64,000 nucleotides of DNA from Bugula neritina (taxonomy: Eukaryota; Animalia; Bryozoa): positions 7,388,698-7,452,697 of the forward strand of contig OZ037765.1 of NCBI GenBank assembly GCA_964035545.1, written 5' to 3'. The stretch's first letter is position 1; each line of letters begins with the position of its first letter. The position numbers and the translations under genes were made by a program. Positions 38,201 to 59,539 of this stretch are shown here, piece by piece. The notes beneath the pieces are model-generated. The model was not told the DNA's origin, made no database searches, and saw nothing but the letters and a program-made list of their open reading frames with translations.

Positions 38201-41200
38201 ATTATGTCACACAGTATGGCTAAAATAGCGGATAATAAGCAAGCTGAAAAATAGAAGTATTGAATTTCTCTGGTGTCAGTTAATTTTTGCAACATGTAAC
38301 CGCAAGTTGTCAAAGCTTGACATAGATTCATCGCCCATATTTAACAGAAATACACATTTGTGGCGTGTCAGTTCCAGTCAGCTTAGAACTCCGAGAGTTT
38401 TACAGAACCTAAAAGTGTTGAATTTCATCACCCTCCAACTGTAAGGGTGATGAAAGAAACCTGAAAAGGCACTTGCTTTGTATTTCGCTTGGACTGCCTA
38501 AAATTGAAATACAAAATTCTATAAACTATTATTAAAGCCATAACATTCAATTTTAAAAGTAAAAATTACAACAGCTATCAAAACGTTGAAATTCAAACAA
38601 AACATATTATGTGTTAACTCAATAATATATGTATGTATTGGATTTCTTAATTTTATATAACTGATTCATTGCATTTCTTGCACGAAAATATATAAAAAAA
38701 TTGTTTTTGTTCCAACTTTCAACCTGTTTGTTGGAAATAGCATTAATTATTTCGTCATCATACCCAACAAGGTGGTGCGTGAATCATATTATTTGTTAGA
38801 TAGAGTGCAATAAGACCAGCATATTCATTTTAGTCAACACTTTAGGAAGGAAATGGAGTATTTCAAAGAGATTGTGTTTGAGTATAGCCCGCAGCTAAAA
38901 GAGGATTCCAAACCATGCCTGCAGTCTATAACATATCCCGATTTCATGGCAATAACATCAATCTGTGAACAGCGGAAATAGAGAATATGCTTTATGGATG
39001 ATTTGGCAAGTTAGCAAGAGGTAGAAGGTTGTATAGTAACTACTAGTCGTACTGTTCAAACTTCTACCTCCCACCTAACTAGTTGGAGATTCAGCTTCTG
39101 CACTTGACGCTCACAAAGAATGTTGGACACTCGAAAAAGTGGGACAGTTCTTTGTTTCAACCGATCTGCTTACTTCGTTGTAAATCTGGTTCCAACTGGT
39201 GTCAAAGTTGCAGCTCTTAATATCTTTGGCTTTAGCTTTTTCTTAGAAATATTAGAATTTTAATTACCTATTATGTCTGTGATATCTTTACATTCTGAAG
39301 CTTTTTAAATTTGTTATTTTCACTTTTGTCTGAGTAAATAAAAAATAAATAAAAATTCTTTAGCTGAAATGTCTGGTGTTGCAGATGTATCCTGCAGTGC
39401 CACAACTACCCCCTTACTGGGTGAATAAGAGCTTGTCTGCTGTGTGATTTTCTGACACTTCACAGCAGGTAACTTTCTCCTAGCTTTGACACCATATAGT
39501 ACTTGTAGAGCTGTGCGGATTGGATTGTAAGATTACCCATTTGGCCATAAATGCTGCTGATTTTTGTTTAGCTTAGGTTTATAAGTTTTACATTTAAATT
39601 TGAAGTGCCATTAATTTTTTCACAAGCAGACAACTTTCTATACTATGAATATCTGCAAGAAATAATGCAGCTCTGGTTCTACCACAGGACTACATTTATT
39701 GTGGAACTTACAGCGTATAGCTTGGTAACTTACAGCATAACACTAGATAACTTACATTGTAGAGCTACGTTCCTAGTATTACTGAAAATTCTTGATACTA
39801 GTAATCTAGTAAATAGTACTACTAATGGTGTTCCTAAATTGTAGCAGTTATAGCTCTGGTATATTGTCAACTATGCAGTGACACAGCTATAAGTAATAGC
39901 AATGATATTGTAATGATGGAAGTAATGCAATCACTTAATTAGAACTAGTCCGAGCAATACATGTACTAACTACTAGCCTACTAAAAGTCTACTAGTCAAA
40001 AATAAAACCGATTGTACTACATCAACGCAGCTTCAAGGATACAACATCTGATTTGAAATGTTTTATCTATTTTGGTTTAAAGTATTTTAAGAGACCGTGA
40101 ACTTTTCTGCTATAATTTATTAATTTTTTTTCTTTATTGACAGATATTTTTTCATTGTTGGTTTATCTTCTCTTCAGGCTTAGTTCAAATAGCCAAAATC
40201 TCACTATATTAATATATTAAGCAACACTGTAAGCAAGCTAATGGTAAGATTCCATAGCTAGTTTTGGAGTTTCTGCCTGTTGATGGGTTGGTTTGCCTTA
40301 CACCCTCCCTGAGATTTCATTTTGTGACTCCAGCTATGTTCACAAGCTGCATGCTCAGGGTCTGTGTTGGGCTGACTACACGTGATGATGCGCAGACATT
40401 TCTGCACCTGCGCATTACAAATGTGCTGTATTTCTCTATATGGTATATAGAGTCTATGTTTCACCTGCAGAAATTCTGCACTCGTATGCATGTGTTACAG
40501 GTCTTTCCGCTCTTGGCTGACACCAAGTGAAGCAAATATTATATGTGATGACTAAGCAGTTAATATGTATGAGGCTGCCTCGAAGTTGGCAGTTTGAAAC
40601 TCTTTTAAAAGAACTGCCAGTGAATGTGATCTAATTGTTCCATTGAATGTTTTGTGTCATTTTAGATGTATGATCCATCAGGCATAATACAAGCTGCACT
40701 ACATGTAAGCTTTAAGTTAGTAACTAAACAAAAAGTGAATAAGTCAAAGGTAGATATAAATGCAGTAATAGGTCTGCTATAATTGATAAGAAAATTCGTC
40801 CAGCAGCAACTTTGCGATGGTGCCATTCAAGTGCTGACTTCAATTCTAGATAGCAACCCCCAACAAAGTTTTAACAAGTGTCAGATAACTAGTCTAATTC
40901 TTTGCAACATGGTGTCAATATTTTGTTTGAAGTATTATGTGCATTAGTTGCACAGCTATACTGATGTTTTGCTATAATGCTAACATAGTTATAACACACA
41001 CACACATGTATAATGTCTGTATAATTCATGCATAAAATCGTGTTATTTATTGTAATTCCTATCCAATTTGAATTTTAAAATCTTCAAATTGATTTTAATT
41101 GCGTTATTTTTACTACAATTTAAGATTTCACTCAATGTCTAATATTTTTTGTTTTTCATGTCTAACTTTTCCTAAATAAAAAATCTGTTTGAACATTTTA

Positions 41201-41605
41201 ATATGACAAAACAGCTTTACTTTGAGTAATTCTTTGGCTCAAGTATTTATTAGGACAAAATGTACAACAAACAATACAAAAATATATCATACGAGGACGG
41301 CTGAAAAATATATTTCTATGACTCAAAATAAATTCATATATTATGCGAAAATATTTTTAAAACCTTAAAATATTTTATATCAATAGATATAATTTCACTT
41401 TCACAAATAGCATACACTATTTGTAATTCTTAGAATATCCAGCAACCTATGACACAACAATTATTATATTTTATAACAGGTAAAGACACGCCAAGACTTG
41501 CACATGCTACATAGAGTATTATGGTCATAGAAAGGTACTTGAAATGCATGTTTTAAGGCAATCAGTATTCTGGAAGGAAGCATTGATGAGTGGGTTGGGC
41601 ACCAG

Positions 41606-44600
41606 TTAACTTATAGTGTATGCTGGCGTGGCATGAGGGAATCGATCAGGATTAACCATCTGCTATAACAATATTTCATAAATATAATAATATTGCAGCA
41701 AATGACATTCATACAACTACATTTATTGTAGAAATAAAATGGTGGTCTAGTAACAAGTAGTTGTAGGCAGCCGTGGTCTAGAGGTTAGAGCGTTTGCTAA
41801 GTAAACCCTTAGTCATGGGTTTGATCCCCAGTAACGACCATTTGTGATGTTAGGAAGAGCATCCAGTCATAAATTCTCCTGTGCCCCATCTGAATAAGTC
41901 CTTAGCCTGCTTTAAAAAACCTTTCTATCAGGGGTTCTCACAGGGGTAGTGACTATAAACCTGCGTGAGTTTTTTCTAGTACCAAGTAGTATATTCAGTA
42001 AACAGCTGATGAGTGAATTTCAAAAGCCAATCTTCACCTGATGTGACTTTGTGTAAAAGCTAAGTGTGGTGTTGAAAGATGAAGCTTAATTCCGAGAGCA
42101 GAGAGGCAAAGCAGGAACAATTGAACTCAATATCTTGAAACAGCAATCATGTTCTTAACACTCACCACCGGGGCTTTGCTGCCAGAAGAAGTAGACTGGC
42201 TGGTTGTAAACATATTTATGAACTTCTTCTCGCCAGCAGGTTCGTATGCGTCAAACTTTGTACTATTGGTTGGTTGGTAAGCCCCGTCTGATTCTCCATA
42301 TCCGCCATTCTCTGTGAGACTTCTGTTGTTTGTTGACATTGCTCCCACCTGATGACATAGAGAATAAACAATCAACAGAACAATAAGTTTAATCAGACTA
42401 CTTTCAATATCAATACATTTAAATAAAAATAACATTATTGATCAATTTTTCAGATGTTTTTATTTTTACAACTTTACACCGTTGCTAGAATTCTTAGAGC
42501 TCCAAGTTTTACTGAATGAATATTTAGTTGACATAAAAAGTGAAGTATAATTTACCTGAGTTGTTTTTATATGGTATGGAAACGTTTTATTTGCCATGGT
42601 AGGCCATGTGAGTATCTAAAACAAAGAAAATAACGGATACAGGCCAATAAATTAGTCAGAAAATTAAACTGCTGCCATGACTTTTGTTGATATTTCGACC
42701 AGCTGCAGTTTGACATCTCCCTAATCTATCATTATTATTCACGAAGTGAATAAAAAAACATCTGACAAGACCGCAATGAATCAACAAATGAGCTCGGAAA
42801 CACGCAACAAATACGTGACAAGTACACGACTCTTACCAGAAATATAAGATGGCCAATAAATATGGCCGCCAATGAACAACCTTGAACAACTTTTTCTTTC
42901 ATCCATTTGGGTATCGTGTTGATTGCTGCTAATGCAACAGAAGCACCAAACCAAAACCTATAAATCCAAATTAATATTAGATCGATTAATCCAATAAACA
43001 ATTATTTACTAATTACTCTGTACTGATGAATATTGCTGACAATTCAAAGCATTATACGGTTAATTCACCTCTCCACGGCTATGGCAATGCGGCTAATTCC
43101 TGTGATATTATTTAGAGCAAATTGTGCTTCTATTTATTTAAAATTTTAGAATTTATATCTAAGTTACAGTCTGTTGAAACACAGCTTAGTACAATTAAAG
43201 TTATTTACTAATTTGGATAATAAAAATGATATTCCATATACAAAGTTTTTGTGAAAATTGTAGCATACATCATAGTAAAATTTAAATGTAGACATCAAAA
43301 TACAAACTGCTTACCAAACAGTATATAGGACAAGAAATGGTATATAAAACAATTTTTTCTCAGGATAATGCTTTAAAGTGAAGGCAATTCCATAAAGAAA
43401 CCACAGCCAGCAAGCTATTTTGATGCCAATAAGACAATATCCGGGCGTACTGTCATAGATGTAGAGCACCAGACCAGGATCAAAGGACTACAAGCATAGA
43501 TACACAGAATGTAGATAAAAATTTCGCCTTCAAAATAAACTAAAATCAATATATAGCATTACACAATAGTACGCCATTTTTGCAACAAGTTTTTACTATC
43601 CCTAAATTTGAATATCGCTAATAACATAAAGGCAACTAGAGCTAATACTACTATAAAAAACAGATTTTGTTCTGATGAATTTAAAGGCATGAAAATATAG
43701 TGACAAATCATCACCTTACAAACTACTAACTTACTGCAACTTCCCAGATAAACATAGCAATGGTGGCAACAAGGAAGAGAATGGAGAAGACGATAATCTT
43801 GATAACACCTCCAGCGCTGATGCGCCCTCTGGTGATTGTGTAGCCCTTCCCCATCAGTATTAATAGAATCAAAAACAAAAACTGCCCAGTAAACTCTAAA
43901 AATCTCCCTGTAAAATATATTGCTAGTCTACACAACAACAAAAAAGTAATAGCTTTATATTTATTCTTCAGGAGTTGTTTACTCTTTGAAAACAAGTAAT
44001 AAAAACTTTATTTTGTATTATGAGTTGTTTTCTCTATTTTATAAATAAATCAATACGTGGTAGCTAATGGTTTACAAAGACAACTCCTAAAATTTTTAAT
44101 GTCTGTGCTTTCAACGCCCTACGAATTGGATATGAAATGAAAGCAAAATGATCAACTTTAAAATCTTCTTAAAAATAATGTGAAGAATAAATAGTTTAGT
44201 GAAAGAGTACCAAGTATTTTATAGCAGTCAAAGGTAAAATCTTCTCATTTATTAATAAGATACCTATATAATATACTCACCTAAGTTTTTTAAAGTTAAT
44301 CGAGATAAGCCGAAGCGTGCATAAGAAGCCCAGTATGCAATCTGAACCAACAAAGCGAGATACTCAAAGAACAATGAAGACAGGTACAATTTATACGTTG
44401 AGTGGTAGAGCTGTCTGATGTGCAGGGAATCTAAATATATAGATATATAACACGTATAAGCATGCTATCAATTACAGGGAATAGGTATGACAGAAGGCTA
44501 CTATATAGATATCAGACTCCTTCAGTAACTAACAATACAATGCATTGTTATTTCTACTGTTATTTCTACAAATTTTCACACTATTGCTACAACATTGGTT

Positions 44601-47600
44601 TATACAAGTAGATTAAACACAGTAAACTCAGGCAGCCATGATTTATTCATACTGGCTGGATAACAAAATATCAAATGACGGTATATATTTCCACAGAAGG
44701 AAAAGTTACTAATGCTTAATTTTTCATGAACTAAGTAACATTCACTCCAAATATTATAAAAGATAACACATGACAAAGCCTCTACATTTCTGCAGCTCTC
44801 AGTGAATACGGATCTAATCAATATGAGTTCACATGCTGTACTGTTGACTACCATGTCAGTTCAAGAACCTTTTACAAACTATGCACATTACATAATATAG
44901 AACTACTTACAAGCCACATATAGGGATAACACCATCAGTAAAGTATAGGCAACCAAGAATCCTATAGTTTCATGTATAATATCTAGAATAGAGGATACAT
45001 AAAGCAGTCAGGGTTTAATTATATATGACACAACTTAAATAGATTAAATATCATGAATGTTTGGTTTAAACTAAACCTGCAAAACAATTTTTAAAATATA
45101 AAACATTGGAGACAATTTTACATTATTCTATTAGGAGGAATGGGGAATGACTATCCCTGACGATATATGGCTATAAACTTTGTAGTAGTTACAAGCTAAT
45201 TAGTAAATCAACATATAATAAACTAAACACATACTGGTTCTTAGCTATAAAAAACTGACAAGTTGTATTGAATACACACAAGGCATAACTTTGAATATAT
45301 ATGTTGTAATACTTACAAAATTCATCAGCGGAAAAATGTTTAAAGAAAATATCATTTGAGATGGAGTTAGTCATAGTGATAGAATAGTTTAGATACAGCC
45401 CCTACAACATTGATATACACACTTATACACAACATATACACACCATTCACACACATAAATAGCTGGTGTAGATGCTAATGGCATGGTGCACATTCAAATA
45501 TAGTTTGAAAAGTTAACACAAGTTTAGTAAGTTATACTGCGTTTATAGCATTACAGCAATACTACCAGACATGCGCCTATAGCCTTGTAACTTATCTTAT
45601 TGCTGCAAGAGTATTTATATACAAACTGAGCAGCAAAATTTCTTGAACATTATATTGACATTTTCATAGTGATTAGTCAGTGGGACAGCAACTTGTAGAG
45701 CACGGAACACACTAGAATACACTAGAAATAAATATGCTGACCTGTTCAGAAGCACAGTTGCTCACGACGATGTACCACCATCTCTCCCTGGACGAGGCAA
45801 ACGTCCTGCCCCCCTTACACGTGTACCAGGGCTCGCCAGCTATAGTCTCCAGTCTGCAGCCAGACCACCTGTACCTGGTTGTCAGATTAATTACCTGGTT
45901 GTGCTCTGGCACCAGAAAGGACTCCTTGTCATAGCAACTCTAAAACCAGAGCAATTCTTCGCATTCTGTGAGTATTTTACGAGGCAATAGGTAAACATAA
46001 CAGTGCTAGTTAAAGTAAACATATTAATATGTACTCCAGATACATGAATAAATGAGATGTAGAGAAAGTGAAAGTAGCAGGTATTATGAAGCAGTTGGTG
46101 GTGACATATGCATGTAATCACACCTAATTATGTAATAAATTTGACTATTAAAAACTTACAAACCTGTGTGTTTAAAAAAGAAAAGAAAATCAGATTGACT
46201 GATAATTGCCACGCTTGTACTGTGGTATTCACTAAGGCAGATAAAATTAGCACAAGAAACTACAGTATATACTAAATTGACACTCAACTAGAGAGGATAA
46301 CTTCCAATATACAAGCAGTTTATACATTATTTTATTCAACTTGATTTTTTTGCAGCTTTTGCTAAACGGATCTCTGTAGAATTAAAAAATACTTATTAGT
46401 AATTGAACTTACCAATGCATTTTCTTTCATTTTCTGCAACATAATAAGACAAGAGTAAAATATTGCTTTATATAATGCTACATTGCAAATAATAAGGCAT
46501 ATATACTAATCCTAACATTTCATACACATTACTAACACACAAATAGCATAACCAGAGTGTAGACTTGTTGTGAAGTTACACTTAAATAAAAAATGGCATT
46601 GGTTAATAGCCTAAATTCCTGCAATACTATCCAAAACAACATATATACGCATATGCATATGCATATGTTAAATAGTAATACTTGAGGAATTTCAAATTGT
46701 AAAATACAACATTCGAATTATTTTTTCATTAATAATTGTTAATTTTCAATAAAAAAGCTGCTTCAATAAAATTCTCAATTCAAATGATGAAGTGAAAACA
46801 ATTAAATGTCACAATATAATTTATTATATGTGAAAAATAGTCTAAGTTATCAATATTTTTCAATGACAACTAAACAAGAAAATGCTTTAAAATAATTTAC
46901 TACAACATGATAGAAAGAGTAAAATACTAAACATAAGCCAGTAGAGTAGCTGAAGAGAAAGCTGCATTATTCTAGTCCTTCTCATCACCTAATGAATTCT
47001 CCCAAGAGTTATCTTTTCTGATTCTCATTTCAGAATTTCCAAAAGAATTGACATGCAGATTTTATTGAGATAATTACTTATGACTTTTTACTCTATTTTT
47101 TCTAAATCAGTATTATTTTTTATTGAAACTCTTTGGTCAGTCAGTCTACAAAACTTATAGTTAGACCCTCCCTGCCGGGTGCAGAATAACTTTATCTTGT
47201 TTAAATAATAACTTAAGTTTATTATAAGGTTTAAGTATCTAACAGAGAAGCTTCAACTTCCAGAACTCTCTACTAGGCATCTTTGGCATCAAATATAGCC
47301 ATTTGCTCTTACCTCTTTAATTCTTGTTTTCTGTTCTCACTAAAGCTATACAAAAACCTACAGAGTTTATCAGCAAATAAAGTACAAAAATACATTAAGA
47401 AAGCCAAAAATACGTAAATCAATTTAAAAATGTGTCAAGTAACCTTTCGTTTGAGAGTAGGGCGAGGATAAACGGAAGGCCACTGAAGGTCGGAATATAA
47501 GAGAATGTTTTGAGCAGCATTGTATCCCAGGTCAAATTTCTACAAGCAAACCACGTTATATAAAAATGACTTTCAACTACTGTGAAAAAAATGGTAACAC

Positions 47601-49338
47601 GTTTGACAAAATCTTCTTCTACTGTATGAATCTAACGCATTAGAGCGCTTAGCATGTCCACTGAGTTAGGAGCTTTATAAGCGCCTAAGCATTATCACTA
47701 ACAGTTTTACGCAACTATCAGATTTATAAATATATAGCAAAATTATACTACAAATAACGTGGTAAGAAAAAAATTACAATTTTGTAATTTATATTTATCA
47801 ATAGCAAGCTTTGTTTAACTGGTGAACACTGCAGCAAAATTTCAGTAACCAATATGAAACATTGAAGTATATTATTATATGTATAAATGAGTATTAAATT
47901 CTTTTCACATTTCACCTGTGGGTATGTGAATTCAAACTCAAAGCGTCCAACTTTAGACAGGAAACAAAACCGAGTCAAAAACTCCCAGTTGCTCTGCAAT
48001 AATGAACAAAAACAATGCAACAGCTTTCGGCTTAGAAAATTTTGATCCGTCAAATGCAGCTTTGGTTCATACGACATTTGAAGGTACACTACCAGTCTTC
48101 AAATATTATCTCAATTAACCAGAGCTGCATTCAAATAGTTCAACACTTCTAATTGGTAGTAATAGAGAGTTGTTAAAGAGCAACTCACTTCTAATGCAGT
48201 AATTTCTTCAAATGCGTACACTTAAGTAGACCTAGCTTTTAGATCTAACTGGGAAGCGTCCAAGTGAGAAATTTAGCCTAGCGTCTAACTGGGATGAAAC
48301 CGCCACTTGACGGTGACTAGTAACTAAGTGAGTGCTTTAATTTTTTTGAGCATGACATTTATTTGCACTCATAATTCGCTGAAACCTGACAGTATTTGAT
48401 GCAAAGTTTCATGACTTAGTGTGGCTGAGTAAAAGGAAGAGTAAAACTTCAAGCCAGGACTATTCAATTTGACAGCATGAAATGAAAATTCAACAATCAC
48501 TATCATCTAAGTGTTGCATTCATCATGTTAGCATTAATTAAATTATCAATTATGTTTACTTTTTACACTAGTTTTACTCATACTCAAACTGATACTTGTG
48601 ATACTACCAACACTACATAAATATACTCATACTGATGTTGCATAAAGCTTAAAATCAAAAAGAATTTCAATCGGAATAGTAAAACCAATAGGAAATGACT
48701 AAATGTAAATCTTTATTTAGAAACAATTTGCCATTTTACTATCCTGTATTTACTATTCAGTTTCACTGTGCATTACAACTCAAACTGTATAACATTAACT
48801 GCAAATATAAGGTTGTCATTAACTTCAATCTTCAAGTATTCTTTTAATTTTTTCATACTAATACTTTGTACTGATACTTAAAGTTAATAGCAATACTAAT
48901 AATAATAGTAATACTAATAGTAATACTAAATGTAATACCAATACTAAAACTAAAACAGTTTTACTAAAAGGAAAGGAAAGGGTGAGCCGTATATGGGTAA
49001 TATGTTGGACAGTCATTGGTCAATAGTGATACAATTAGTACTGTTTGAGCTGTATTTACTGAACAAGAACTTAATCCTGTCTATGTGGAAATCTTTGAAT
49101 TAGATTTATTGCTAAATGCTTTGATTGAATTTAATTGTGACCAATTTTCAGCTAGTAAAACAACAGTTTAAGTTATTTTCAATAGTGATGCTACTAAACT
49201 AATACTTACAGCACTATCTCCTGTAGTCATTAAAATACCATTTGCGTGTAAAGGATTTACATACTTTAAATTTAAAAGTAGCAATATTGTACTAAAAAGA
49301 CTTGTGATTGTGCAACGCTGCAGTGCACTCGCCGCCAT
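41606..49338 (-). CDS. TMEM145: TMEM145-like (GPR180/TMEM145 family) membrane protein, about 523 aa, 13 exons: 49338-49210, 47993-47916, 47539-47444, 45939-45742, 45401-45317, 44982-44911, 44430-44281, 43907-43735, 43487-43315, 42957-42837, 42615-42556, 42348-42166, 41659-41606
   Basis: Exons join in frame (1572 nt). Signal peptide, then NWEFLTRFCFLS, SSRERWWYIVVSNC, HFSADEF, RQLYHSTYKLY, LLILMGKGYTITRGRIS, FDPGLVLYIYDS, IPKWMKEKVV and FPYHIKTTQ. Confidence 0.92.
41766..41974 (+). mobile_element. tRNA-derived SINE in the last intron of TMEM145-like, with 16-bp TSD (1 mismatch)
   Basis: GGCAGCCGTGGTCTAGAGGTTAGAGCG head and GGTTTGATCCC B box. Flanks are tctagtaacaagtagt (41746-41761) and tctagtaccaagtagt (41975-41990). 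Confidence 0.85.
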
Positions 49339-50268
49339 ATTTAATATCATTGTTATGATCACATGGGTTGAAGTTGCATGGCGATAAGAATAAACACCGA
49401 GGATGCTTTGTTTGACAGAGGGAGATAACTGAAAACCTTTTGGCGACTAATTATAACAACAATTCTTATTATTAGAGTTAAAAAATTATAACGGTTTGAC
49501 TGATCGCATCCAAACCTCTATGATTATTGGTTTATGACAGAGAAAATACGCTTGTTGGTGCAGCAACAACAACTATTCCAATACCATATAATTGGCCCAA
49601 CACTAGCTGAAAGTTCGAAATTCTATAAATCACAAATCAAATACTATAATGTAATCACTGGATAGTATTCTTTCATAAACTTGAACACGAACTGGTCCAT
49701 GTATTTCAATAACTTATTGCTGGCTTCTATTTGTTTGTTTGAAGCATGAAGTTATAGTTTGATTTGTTCTACCATAAATGCAAGATACAGTGCTATCTAT
49801 GTAATAATTATAAACATGTATGTAGTGCAAGATAATTGGTGAAAATTAAAGTGTCTACTCGTGCAGGGCTTGCATTAGGTATAGAGAAATGCAATAACTA
49901 TGGAATTGTTTGAAATAGTCATGTATGATAAATAATCATATTTTACTTTTGCCCAGAGAGCTACCAGCCCCTGTAGTGTGATCTCATCCAACTACTATAT
50001 TCTAAAAATATATAAGCTATAAAGCACAAAATTCCTTTTAAAGTTGCAGGTAATGTTCACTACTGATCCTAATCTACAATTTCTAACAATGTCAGCAAGT
50101 AGATTATGAGGCCATGGGTTAGAAAATAGAACATTGAAGCACAAGTTAATATATGTAATGTCCTAAGCCACATTTTTGAATCAGCAGTTAGCTTCACGTG
50201 CTAAAGGTGATAGGATGCTGTATCGCAGCTGCCAACTGTAAAGCTGCTTGAATTATTCATCTGCAATA

Positions 50269-56628
<6,360 letters not shown>

Positions 56629-59478
56629 TTAAACTCAATAAATTTTATTAGATTTACATTGTTTTTGCCTTTAAAAGCATATGGTTGAGAACGCTGCATT
56701 ACTAAGTAATTAAGGCATCATAAGATTATTGTACTAATTTCTTGTGATGATTCGTGTAGCAGCATTAGTTTCAGTATAGTTGAGCATTTGAACCTAATAT
56801 TTATTTTATTATGTGTGTATACAAATATACAAAGTTAACGTAACAAAAGCCTTGTTGTCATGTAGAGAAAGTTATTGATAAGATAAAGACTTATATGTAT
56901 TTGGGGCAATTTCTCCGGTAAAACACAGCTTTTAAATCACAAAAATAAACTTGCAATAATGATATAGGTTGTAGCATGGCATTTTCTTGCTGAAAAAAGT
57001 GTACTCAATAAAACTATTTGACGTTGTACACATTATTAAACTACATTTACAGCAAACATTGTAAGGAAAGAATTTTGTCCTGCTCAGCTATTCACAGTTC
57101 ATCTTTGAAATACTTCTCATTATTCAGACATCTTTGAACGTGCTAAATTTGTCGTGCTTTAAAGATCACCAACTTTTAAGAATAAAATGCAGCTGTGTTT
57201 TAATACAGATTTATGCCTTCAAGTGGGCAAACTTCTCACTCAAACACTTGCAGTGGTGCAGATGCAAAATATGTTATGATATTAATCCATAAAAAGCGTG
57301 TGTAATTATAGATTATCAACTGTATGAAACAAGTTTCATGCTGTTTTAAGAAATCTAAGCATATATCCACAACAAACTTTAGTTACTAAATACATATTAT
57401 ATAGGTATAGTAAATATCTATTGTACGTCAAGAGTCTTATCAGCTGATTTGCACGGATGAGAAAACTTGAATGTCACGGCAAATGTGCAAAGAATCTTAA
57501 GCTGTGCAAATAATCTTGACTATAGTGAACTAGGTGGGTGTTCAGTATAATTCTTCACTGGAGTGTAATCTTATATACATTTACACTTAACTTACAACTG
57601 ACTGACATCTTGGACAAGGGGTGGTATACCTACACCCTTTGCATCATTAAAACTAAAAACAATGATAAGATATTCAACAAAAACAAATTGTGAACATATA
57701 AAACTTACGATACTTATACAAACTTCAAAGCAAATATTATTATTTTGTTGCAAGCAAGAAAAATGTACTGTTAATAAATGCACAATTTAACTACTAATAT
57801 TAAAAACGCTTTTAGAGAAGCTCATTTTGTTACATTTGACATGTTCATAGCACAGATTTTAGCCAAGTGGTTTTACTAAATAGCGAGGACGTGCTGTATA
57901 TAGGCACAGCTTGTCTGCAAGAAGCTGAAGAAACAGAGCAAGCAAAATATAGCACATTTCACAACAAGATGGATGGGGCATTTCATTACCAGTTATGATT
58001 ATAGTTCAATTACACTTTAGAGTCTGGGACAAGCATGAGGTTCACCAATCTACTGCTGACTATTGGCAAGGCTATGCCAAGGTCACAAAGCTATTACTAA
58101 TTATAATTACATTTCTTAAGTTTGCAGGTATAACAAATGCTTTTTAATATCAATTAACTAGTGAATAGGCTACTCTGCAACTTGTGCTTAAAACTGCAGC
58201 AGGTAGCTTTAGCACACTTTAATAGAGTACTTGACTTTAGAACTCGCGTATTTTGAAGTCTAAAATTTGCTTTAGATGGAAATTGCATTGACACCAATAG
58301 AAATTCAATGATTTGCATCCTTAATTTGATTCGCAAGCTGCAAATTTACTGGGTGTCAAGTTTGAATATAGAACACTCAAGTTTTCAAATTGAATTGAAA
58401 TAATCACATATTGAATCAGTTTGAATTTCTAGACAAGTTCTTTTGAGCTAGCTGGTTACAAGGTGTCAAATGACTCATAGAATATAATATTGCAATGTCA
58501 GAATTATAAAAATACAATACAAATTCACAGATGACAATTACTGATAAGGATAGAAACACAGTTAGTTTAAGGTCATTACTTTCCAGATTCATGCACTGCT
58601 TTATGTTATATATAAACGGTTTCCAGGGGATAGCTCGAACAGTTTTTGTCTCACATTAACAAATTTTACATGAAAAGATAGCTCTTGCATTCCTCTTTCA
58701 TATACTTTTTTAATTTTTCAATAAAAAATTTTCTGAGAAAGTTGTTGCATAATAAGTAAAATTTTACACCCTCCATGTTCCACTGCTGTAGCACAGGGGA
58801 TTCATTTTATAAAGTCTAAAAGTTAAACTTGACATTCCTTGATATGTTTTCTCTAATATACTTTCTTTGTTTTTTGAAATTCTGTTTATGCTCTTCACAA
58901 TTTGGTAAAAACATACACCATTTTGCAAGTTTCACTGCAATTTTCTAAATTCTTCATATGGTGGTTCTAGCTACGCTCCTGTGACTAATTATAACATTCC
59001 TAGTACGTTTGCCGCTCTGCGCTATCACAATAACATATAGTACCCTCTCGCACAAATTGGCAATCTATTGGATTTCTGCCAATATAATGTTCCCTGTTTT
59101 ACATTAGCACTTAGCTGAATCATCTCACTATGTTACAATAATATATTGAAAATGCCTCAGCACAACATAATTCTTTGTTTGTTTGGCAGAGTTAATTTCA
59201 GCTAAATCACTTCACTTTGCAGTCTTGTCAGTAAAGGTCTGTCTATAGCGCAGCAGGTGTATACTTTCAGTTTCTCTAATTCACATATGATTATTTTAAG
59301 TACATTGTATTCTATAAGATCAATTTAAGGTTTAGTCTAGTGTTCAGTATCTAATTATTATGCATGTATGTTGTCTTACTGTTGAACAAAAGTTAAAAAA
59401 AAACTTTACAATTATAGCCATATTTATTATACATGCGTAGGATTTGCATAAGTTGACAAAAAAAATTGCAACAAAACA

Positions 59479-59539
59479 GGGTTGAACCATGACCAACCAA
59501 CTCGTCGCTGACGCCTCTAACCTCTGGACCACGCAGTCA
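59479..59539 (-). mobile_element. Isolated tRNA-like SINE head
   Basis: Minus strand GACTGCGTGGTCCAGAGGTTAGAGGCG...GGTTCAACCC has A and B boxes but no full cloverleaf. Confidence 0.55.

Noticed and set aside
39388-39396. GTATCCTG as a second U12 donor
   Set aside because: It departs from the consensus at +8, has no supported upstream exon, and has no matching branch site.
42005-42045. CTGATGA motifs (also near 2352, 5914, 10701, 43673) as hammerhead ribozymes or C/D snoRNAs
   Set aside because: None has stem II followed by GAAA and a closing stem III, or properly spaced C/D boxes with terminal stems.
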